Origin: Patescibacteria group bacterium
Lineage (GTDB): Bacteria > Patescibacteriota > Minisyncoccia > UBA6257 > HR35
Assembly: GCA_030549845.1 (NCBI GenBank)
Contig: JAUQQN010000002.1
Coordinates: 30,001-62,000, forward strand
Length of the DNA stretch: 32,000 nucleotides
Direction: 5' to 3'
How positions within the stretch are numbered: the stretch's first letter is position 1; the number at the start of each line of letters is the position of its first letter. This document shows positions 26,258 through 32,000 of the stretch, one piece after another. The notes under the pieces were generated by a model. The model had not been told where the DNA came from. It searched no databases and was given only the letters and a program-made list of their open reading frames with translations. The position numbers and the translations under genes were made by a program.

Positions 26258-26594
26258 TGTAAATCAAATAACTTATAATAAATGGTGCTGAGATCCAAAA
26301 AAGTAAAATTAAAACTAATGTAAACGTATTAATAAGATGCAAAAAGACAGAAATGAATATTAAGATGATTCTTAAAGGTATTGCATAAAAATAAGTTTCA
26401 ATTCCTTTAATTCCATAAAGGGGCGCAAAAAAATACTTTATGTTAAGCCTTATGCTAAATTTTTTTTCTATAATTAAAAAATTTTTTGTATATTCATTAA
26501 AGATATATCTTAAAAAATCATAAAACCAAAATTTAAAAAAAATATAAAAATCTTGAAGAATTTCATTGATTAAATTTTTGATTAAAATTTGCAT
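26241..26594 (-). CDS. Hypothetical small polytopic membrane protein
   Basis: The 117-aa product is extremely hydrophobic and aromatic, with TM segments such as PLRIILIFISVFLHLINTFTLVLILLFWISAPFIISYLIY. Its ATG abuts the upstream stop (TAA-ATG at 26597-26592), and its 3' end overlaps the AAA+ gene by 17 nt. Confidence 0.5.
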   Translation of the reverse strand: MQILIKNLINEILQDFYIFFKFWFYDFLRYIFNEYTKNFLIIEKKFSIRLNIKYFFAPLYGIKGIETYFYAIPLRIILIFISVFLHLINTFTLVLILLFWISAPFIISYLIYNGKIF

Positions 26595-27860
26595 TTAAAA
26601 TAAGGTTTTTAATTCTTTCTTTTCTAACTTTTCTTTCTTTTCTAATAATATTTTAACAACTCCATATTCTCCATCATAGCCAGGTTCAATATAAATTTCA
26701 TTTTTGAAAAACTTATCTATACCATAAAAAACTTCATCAGGTACAATTTTCTTTATTTTTTCATAATCATTAGGACTCAAAAAGAAGTTAAATTCATTTC
26801 CATAAATTTCTAAAATTTTAAAATAAACATCTAAAACCTTTTTTGATGTAGGATCAGAGTTTAAGGCTTCAGCTATTATTTCTGTAAGTGGAATAATATT
26901 TTTAAAAGGAGGCCTATTTGGAGGCATAAAGTTTTCTTCCCTGTCTGCTAGTTTTTCAACTCTACTTAAAACACCTATTGTTACAGGTTTTAAGCAAACA
27001 GGACATATATAATTGTTCTTTTTTGACTCTTTTGGAGAAAATCTTACTTTGCAATTTCTATGACCATCGTAATGATATTTACCTTCTTCAGGAAAAAACT
27101 CAATAGTCATTAAAATTTTATTTTTTTCATCAGGATCTTTTAAAGCTTTTAACAAACTAAAAAAAGAAGGTTCTTCTAACTCAAAAATTGTAGCTTCTCT
27201 TCCTATTCTGTGTGAATATGGAGAATGTGAATCTGAAAAAGAAACAATTTGAAAATCATCTAGCTGAGAAAGTCTCCAATTCATTTTAGGATCACTTGAA
27301 AGACCGGTTTCTACTCCGTAGATATATTTTTTATATTCTCCAAATGCTTCATCAATTGAATCAAATCCTGACATTGAGCCAAACAAACTAAACCATGGAG
27401 TCCAAATATGAGCAGGAATTATTATAGAATTTTCGTTAATATCTAGGGCTATTTTTATAACTTCTATGATATCTAATCCCAAAGTCGGCCTTCCATCCGA
27501 AGAAAGGTTTGTAAAAATCGAAATTTTTTTATTGAATTTTTCAACATCGCTTAAATATGGGAACATAACTAAATAATGGATTCTTCGCACAGCACCATGT
27601 TTAGAGTAAATAGAACTGATTTCACATGAAAGCAAAAAATATATTTCATCCTTTGAATTTTTTAATTTTAAAAATCCTTTTCCATTATCTTCAAGCTTTT
27701 CTTTTATCTCTTTAAACCATAAAGGATGGGTAAAATCTCCTGTAGCTAAAAGATTTAATCCTTTATATTTTGCCCAATAATGTAAATTTTCTAAATCTAA
27801 ATTTTTCGAACATGCTCTAGAATATTTAGAATGTAAATGCAAATCTGCATAAAATTTCAT
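26595..27860 (-). CDS. PHP-domain protein of the endonuclease Q (TIGR00375-like) type
   Basis: The recalled EndoQ layout is reproduced in order: ADLHLHSKYSRACS, KGLNLLATGDFTHP, SDGRPTLGL, PAHIWTPWFSLFG, TGLSSDP, SFSDSHSPYSHRIGRE, GKYHYDGHRNC ... CPVC (zinc site), RPPFKNIIPLTEIIAEAL and PGYDGEYGVVKI. Confidence 0.6.
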   Translation of the reverse strand: MKFYADLHLHSKYSRACSKNLDLENLHYWAKYKGLNLLATGDFTHPLWFKEIKEKLEDNGKGFLKLKNSKDEIYFLLSCEISSIYSKHGAVRRIHYLVMFPYLSDVEKFNKKISIFTNLSSDGRPTLGLDIIEVIKIALDINENSIIIPAHIWTPWFSLFGSMSGFDSIDEAFGEYKKYIYGVETGLSSDPKMNWRLSQLDDFQIVSFSDSHSPYSHRIGREATIFELEEPSFFSLLKALKDPDEKNKILMTIEFFPEEGKYHYDGHRNCKVRFSPKESKKNNYICPVCLKPVTIGVLSRVEKLADREENFMPPNRPPFKNIIPLTEIIAEALNSDPTSKKVLDVYFKILEIYGNEFNFFLSPNDYEKIKKIVPDEVFYGIDKFFKNEIYIEPGYDGEYGVVKILLEKKEKLEKKELKTLF

Positions 27861-27868
27861 TAAAAATA

Positions 27869-27874
27869 ATTATA
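27869..27874 (-). promoter_or_regulatory. Candidate -10 box (TATAAT) 8 nt upstream of the EndoQ-like ATG
   Basis: On the minus strand TATAAT is the reverse complement of 27869-27874. Eight nt then separate it from the ATG at 27860. There is no good -35. Confidence 0.25.
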
Positions 27875-27929
27875 AGAGAAATTTATCTACATTTTAGCAT
27901 AGTTGTTCCGAGGATTAAAACCTCTTAAT

Positions 27930-29402
27930 TTACTTTATATAATAAAGTCTAATAGAACATTTGCCACCTACATAAGCTTTTCTTGCTATTGCTGCATAAT
28001 CAATATAAAACTTATCTGAGCCTTCTAAGATAAATCTCATACCATCAAAATTCTTATAAATAACAAAATCATAACCCCAACCTCCTGCCCAATCTTCTCG
28101 GCCATAATAATGTAGTGAATTAATCCCCCTCTTAAGATTTTTGAACTCTATGACATTGGATTCGAAACTTGAAGGAGGTTGAAGGTTACCTAATCTTTCT
28201 CTTGAAACAATATATCCTGTCCAAAATCTTCCATATACTTTTCTATTCCAATTTCCCAGATTCTCGCTGGTTATGGTATCCCTTACAAAATAAGGAAATA
28301 TTTGGTTAGCATATATAATGGAACCAGTCAAATTATCATCACCACTTTTACTAACTAAACCAACGCCTATAGCTAACTTATTAGGTATTAAAAATGCACA
28401 TATACCCACTGTGCCATCTTCATATTTAACTTGTACTCCGATTATACTTTTGCTTATTAATGATTGGAATTCAGAAATACTTTCATATCCTACAGCTTCG
28501 TATCTTTCTTGCCATACCATATTTTTTGTAAAATCTTGAACAAAGTAATTGCTTAAACCCTTTTCAATAACTTTACCCTTAAGGCATACATAATCCTGTC
28601 TTTGAAGTTCTGGTATTTCTATATAAGCAATTAATGAGCAATCATCGCCTTGACTTTGAGCTATTTTTATATCCACATATCCTTTTGTCGCAACTTGTTC
28701 TGGCGGTGAGTTTTCAGTAGGAGTTTGAGCAAAAAGAGAAGCCAATATTGAGGTATAGACAGGTTCTGATTTTATTGGTTTAGCTTCTAAAGTATATAAA
28801 TTACCTGAGGAAGAAAGCCTTAGATCATATTTCCCTGATGGTATAGGTAATGAAATAGTGGTATTTATTGTTTCAAAACCATTAGCGAACAAATCGTAGA
28901 GTTCATCGGTTATTGGTGTTTTACCAGGATAATAGAAATATTTTTTGCCACTATTGTAATCATAACCAAAGTCTAATGAAGGCGTTCTTTCAAATATGTT
29001 AGTTTGTTGCCTTGTATAAGCTCTGAAGGATTTATGGCATATACCCCAGGAATTACATCCACCATCTATATCATATGCAACTTGGATATTTGAAGGAGCA
29101 TTGGACCATTGATAAGAATTAGGACAGTTAATATCATTTGAATTTATATCGCATGGCAATCTTGTAACTGTAGTAGCATACTGAAGGGTAGGTTTATTGG
29201 TATCTTCGATAATTTTATAGTGAGAAATATTAATTTTCAAAAACTTAAATCCTTCATTTTCAGTTTTAAATACTGTGTATTTTTGTTGGGTTTGTTGTGC
29301 TTTGATTTGAGGAAGTGGGATTGTTAATATAAGTAGGGTTAAGAAAGAAAGTAAGATTCCTGTAAAGATTCCTATAAGTATTTGCTTTTTATTGTTTTGC
29401 AT
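27930..29402 (-). CDS. Hypothetical secreted/anchored protein (490 aa)
   Basis: It has an N-terminal signal/anchor (ILIGIFTGILLSFLTLLILTIPL). The mature part is rich in Y/G/N/S, with a Cys cluster near the N-terminus (CDINSNDINCPNSYQW ... GGCNSWGICH). I recognise no family. Confidence 0.55.
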   Translation of the reverse strand: MQNNKKQILIGIFTGILLSFLTLLILTIPLPQIKAQQTQQKYTVFKTENEGFKFLKINISHYKIIEDTNKPTLQYATTVTRLPCDINSNDINCPNSYQWSNAPSNIQVAYDIDGGCNSWGICHKSFRAYTRQQTNIFERTPSLDFGYDYNSGKKYFYYPGKTPITDELYDLFANGFETINTTISLPIPSGKYDLRLSSSGNLYTLEAKPIKSEPVYTSILASLFAQTPTENSPPEQVATKGYVDIKIAQSQGDDCSLIAYIEIPELQRQDYVCLKGKVIEKGLSNYFVQDFTKNMVWQERYEAVGYESISEFQSLISKSIIGVQVKYEDGTVGICAFLIPNKLAIGVGLVSKSGDDNLTGSIIYANQIFPYFVRDTITSENLGNWNRKVYGRFWTGYIVSRERLGNLQPPSSFESNVIEFKNLKRGINSLHYYGREDWAGGWGYDFVIYKNFDGMRFILEGSDKFYIDYAAIARKAYVGGKCSIRLYYIK

Positions 29403-29429
29403 GTTTTTGTTATTGGATTAATTTATTAA

Positions 29430-29457
29430 ATTTTAAAATTGAAATTTTTTATGTCAA
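29430..29457 (-). promoter_or_regulatory. Candidate promoter (TTGACA-16 nt-TAAAAT) ahead of the 490-aa ORF
   Basis: On the minus strand TTGACA is the reverse complement of 29452-29457 and TAAAAT is the reverse complement of 29430-29435. It lies in the 68-nt spacer after rseP, and the -10 is 27 nt from the ATG. Confidence 0.4.
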
Positions 29458-29470
29458 ATAAAATTGTGGA

Positions 29471-30526
29471 TTATTTAAAAAATTTGGCTGTTATATCTTT
29501 AATTGTAATTAAAATCATCAAAATTATTAAAATACTAAATCCTATAGTGTTTATTATATTTTCTACAACAAAGGGTGTTCTTTTTTTAATTATCAGCTCA
29601 AACAAATAAACTATAAATCTACCTCCATCTAGAGCAGGGAACGGTAGTATATTTATTATTGCTAGATTTAAAGAAATTATGGCTGCAAAGTGTAAAATAT
29701 AACTTATTCCTAATGTCTTCATTTGTGTATAAATATCATAAAGTCCAAAAGGGCCTATAACTTCTTTTGCTACTTTTGTTTCTTTGACTAACCTTAAAAA
29801 GAAATCTTTTATTGCTACAATTAAATTAACCAATGTTTCATATGTTTTTATAAAACCATAGTAAAAATTTGAAGGAAAAGATTTTTTCTCTAATTTCAAC
29901 GACGAAAAGGAAATACCTAACGGACCTATGTTATCTTTAATAAAAGGTATTAATTCTGTCTCAAATTTATATGGCCCTCTTTCTACTCCAACTATTAATT
30001 TTTTTCCTATATAAGGCTTTAATTCTTCTTTTAAGTTATGTAGGTTTTTAATTTGGATAATTTCATTATTATATTTGAAATAAAGAACTTTATCTCCTAA
30101 TTTCAATCCAGCTTTTTCGGCTGGTGAATCAGGGAATACTTGCAAAATAGTTATATTTTCTAACTTGCCAGAGTATTCAGGTAAGCCAACTAAATAGCCA
30201 AAAGAAAATATAAAATAAGCAAAAATTATATTAAATAAAACTCCGCCTAAGACAATTAATATTTTAATGTACGCAGGTTGGGCTAAAAATCCTTTAGGGT
30301 CATTTTCATCAATCTCTCCTCTTAATTTGACAAACCCCCCAAAGGGTATTAAATTTATAGAATACAAAGTTTCATTATATTTAAAAGAGATTATTCTTGG
30401 CGGGAATCCTAAACCAAATTCTTCAACTCCTACTTTGGATATTTTTGCAAGAAAAAAATGGCCTAATTCATGAACTAAAATTAAAATACTCAAGAAAATT
30501 AAAAAAATTACTATGTTTTCAATCAT
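29471..30526 (-). CDS. rseP: Site-2 (M50) intramembrane zinc metalloprotease RseP
   Basis: It has the HELGHFFLAK motif (HExxH) in TM1, a central PDZ domain (SPAEKAGLKLGDKVL) and the C-terminal NILPFPALDGGR motif. Confidence 0.87.
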   Translation of the reverse strand: MIENIVIFLIFLSILILVHELGHFFLAKISKVGVEEFGLGFPPRIISFKYNETLYSINLIPFGGFVKLRGEIDENDPKGFLAQPAYIKILIVLGGVLFNIIFAYFIFSFGYLVGLPEYSGKLENITILQVFPDSPAEKAGLKLGDKVLYFKYNNEIIQIKNLHNLKEELKPYIGKKLIVGVERGPYKFETELIPFIKDNIGPLGISFSSLKLEKKSFPSNFYYGFIKTYETLVNLIVAIKDFFLRLVKETKVAKEVIGPFGLYDIYTQMKTLGISYILHFAAIISLNLAIINILPFPALDGGRFIVYLFELIIKKRTPFVVENIINTIGFSILIILMILITIKDITAKFFK

Positions 30527-31065
30527 TGTAAAACTTCTTTTTCTTTTTCCTTAAATAATTCATCGACTTTTTTATTAAATTCTTCAATTTCTTTATCTAC
30601 TTTTTCTTTTGTTTTATAAAACAAGTCTTCTGATATCTCTTTTTTTTCTTTTTTATTTTTTAATTCTTTTAAGAAATCATCCCTTAATTTTCTTGATCTT
30701 ATTCTAAATTCTTCTTTCAGCTGATTTAGGTTTTTTAATAATTCTTTTTTTGTCTCCTCAGTCAAAGGTGGGAAAGTTACTATTAAATAATTTTTCTCTC
30801 TTATTACACTTCCTCCAAAATTAGTTTTCTTTATATCTCTTTCAATATCAGAAATTATATTTAAATCCCAGGGTTCAACTTTATATTTTAAAAGATCCAA
30901 CTGGGATATGCTTGCCAATGATTTTAATTCATACTTACTATTATATGCTTCAATAAAAACATTTTCCAGCCAATGTAAAGCAAATCTATAACTTCTAATC
31001 TGTTTTAATTTCTCTCTTATCTCACTGATTAATTTTTCCAAATCCTTTTTAAAATCTTCAATCAT
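30523..31065 (-). CDS. frr: Ribosome recycling factor
   Basis: The 180-aa product has the RRF architecture, e.g. LTEETKKELLKNLNQLKEEFRIRSRKLRDDF and a coiled C-terminus. Its 3' end overlaps rseP by 4 nt. Confidence 0.82.
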   Translation of the reverse strand: MIEDFKKDLEKLISEIREKLKQIRSYRFALHWLENVFIEAYNSKYELKSLASISQLDLLKYKVEPWDLNIISDIERDIKKTNFGGSVIREKNYLIVTFPPLTEETKKELLKNLNQLKEEFRIRSRKLRDDFLKELKNKKEKKEISEDLFYKTKEKVDKEIEEFNKKVDELFKEKEKEVLQ

Positions 31066-31220
31066 CTCAAATGTAGTATTTCAATTATATAAGGAGTTAA
31101 TTTTGAACCTGCTTCTTGAATAAACTTCATTAATGTTTCTTCTGATATCCCAAGCCCTATTAAAAAAACAATTAATCCTATCAAAAATACAGTTTTTAAC
31201 AGATTGAAAGCTTTATCCAT
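31062..31220 (-). CDS. Possible 52-aa membrane micro-protein (not in the ORF track)
   Basis: My hand translation is MDKAFNLLKTVFLIGLIVFLIGLGISEETLMKFIQEAGSKLTPYIIEILHLR. It has one clear TM helix. Its ATG overlaps the holB stop by 8 nt, and its TGA forms an ATGA overlap with the frr start. Confidence 0.35.
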   Translation of the reverse strand: MDKAFNLLKTVFLIGLIVFLIGLGISEETLMKFIQEAGSKLTPYIIEILHLR

Positions 31221-32000
31221 TTAAATTTAATAATATATTACTTAGCTGCAATGTTTTATTCAAAGAATAATCTGAATCTTGATATAAACCTTCTAAAAAT
31301 TTAATCTTATAAATAGATTCTCTGTTGCCCAGCATTAAATTTAATCTTTCTATATGAATAAAGTATACTAAAGCTTCTTTTAAGTCTATTTTATCCTCCA
31401 AAGTTAATACATTGTAGATTTTTTCGAAATCATCCTTACTTTTGTACATTTTTACAAGTAAATTAAACATTTCTTTATTTTCTATCGTTTTTAAAATTTT
31501 ACCTATTTGGCCTGGGAAAAGTTGTAAAAGGATTTTTATGGTTTCTCTTTTTATTCCTTTTTTAATCAAAAATTCTTCAATTTCAGAATTGGGCACTAAT
31601 TTAAAAATAATTTTTTGCATTCTAGATCTAATTGTAGAAAGAATTTTATAAGGTCTATGAGTTACGAAAAACAATATAGCACTTGTTTTTATTTCTTCAA
31701 CAATTTTTAAAAGTGAATTTTGTGCTTCCTTGTTTAATTTATGAGCATCATTTATAACAATTACTCTTTTTTCATCTGCTGATAAACTTAAAAGTTTTTG
31801 TAATAAATTTGCTGTATGAAGTTTTAAGATATTTTCTTCAGAATCTACAAATATTTTATCCTTTATACCTTCATCTTCTACTATTTTTTTTATAGTATAA
31901 AACTTACCTACACCTTCTGGTCCAATTATTATAAAAGCTCCTCTTTGATATTCTCTTAAAATTTTTCTAATTATTTCTTGTTCATTTTTATGGCCTATTA
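31213..32000 (-). CDS. holB: DNA polymerase III delta-prime subunit (clamp-loader AAA+), N-terminus outside the window
   Basis: The track start at 31674 is an internal TTG. The frame stays open to the window edge and reads ...GPEGVGKFYT ... VIVINDAHKLNKEAQNSLLKIVEE ... ILFFVTHRPYKILSTIRSRMQ (Walker A, Walker B-like and SRC-type motifs). Confidence 0.75.
   Translation of the reverse strand, partial: IGHKNEQEIIRKILREYQRGAFIIIGPEGVGKFYTIKKIVEDEGIKDKIFVDSEENILKLHTANLLQKLLSLSADEKRVIVINDAHKLNKEAQNSLLKIVEEIKTSAILFFVTHRPYKILSTIRSRMQKIIFKLVPNSEIEEFLIKKGIKRETIKILLQLFPGQIGKILKTIENKEMFNLLVKMYKSKDDFEKIYNVLTLEDKIDLKEALVYFIHIERLNLMLGNRESIYKIKFLEGLYQDSDYSLNKTLQLSNILLNLNG

Noticed and set aside
27875-27929. 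Weak hairpin GAGG-TTTTAAT-CCTC after the 490-aa ORF as a terminator
   Set aside because: It has only a 4-bp stem and no following U-tract, so it does not stand out from background in this spacer.

Overview
The window is very AT-rich and tightly packed. Sampled coding lines run about 10-30% G+C. It contains about 40 protein genes, four tRNAs and one GC-rich 16S rRNA gene. Intergenic spacers are tiny and many start/stop codons overlap. Gene content is almost entirely housekeeping: translation (infB, rbfA, rplJ-rplL, rpsO, rpsU, frr, pth, def, fmt, hisS, ychF), RNA turnover (pnp), envelope (murE, LCP, lepB, rseP, ftsA, a type IV pilin) and replication/repair (holB, Xer recombinase, an EndoQ-like PHP nuclease, a PD-(D/E)XK nuclease). 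TGA is used as a stop codon, so the standard bacterial code applies. The divergent 16S, minimal gene versions and pilin suggest a reduced-genome, CPR/Patescibacteria-like bacterium. That is inference only, because no search was possible. I see no CRISPR array, transposon, prophage or recognisable defence island, and I do not claim a discrete novel system. The most unusual signals concern translation initiation. (1) The 16S 3' tail lacks the CCUCC anti-Shine-Dalgarno core, and none of about 27 start codons I inspected has an SD. (2) -10-like hexamers repeatedly sit 8-9 nt upstream of ATGs, which suggests leaderless mRNAs. (3) The infB-rbfA unit is bracketed by tRNAs 8 nt from each end. (4) The 16S is an orphan with its own promoter and processing stem, and it runs with no visible terminator into a response regulator-pilin-methyltransferase string. 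Secondary leads are a translationally coupled rpsO-NYN nuclease-pnp cassette, and a membrane-anchored Clp-like AAA+ protein with a degenerate first ATPase module and a small membrane partner, in one co-directional string with the EndoQ-like gene and a large secreted protein.
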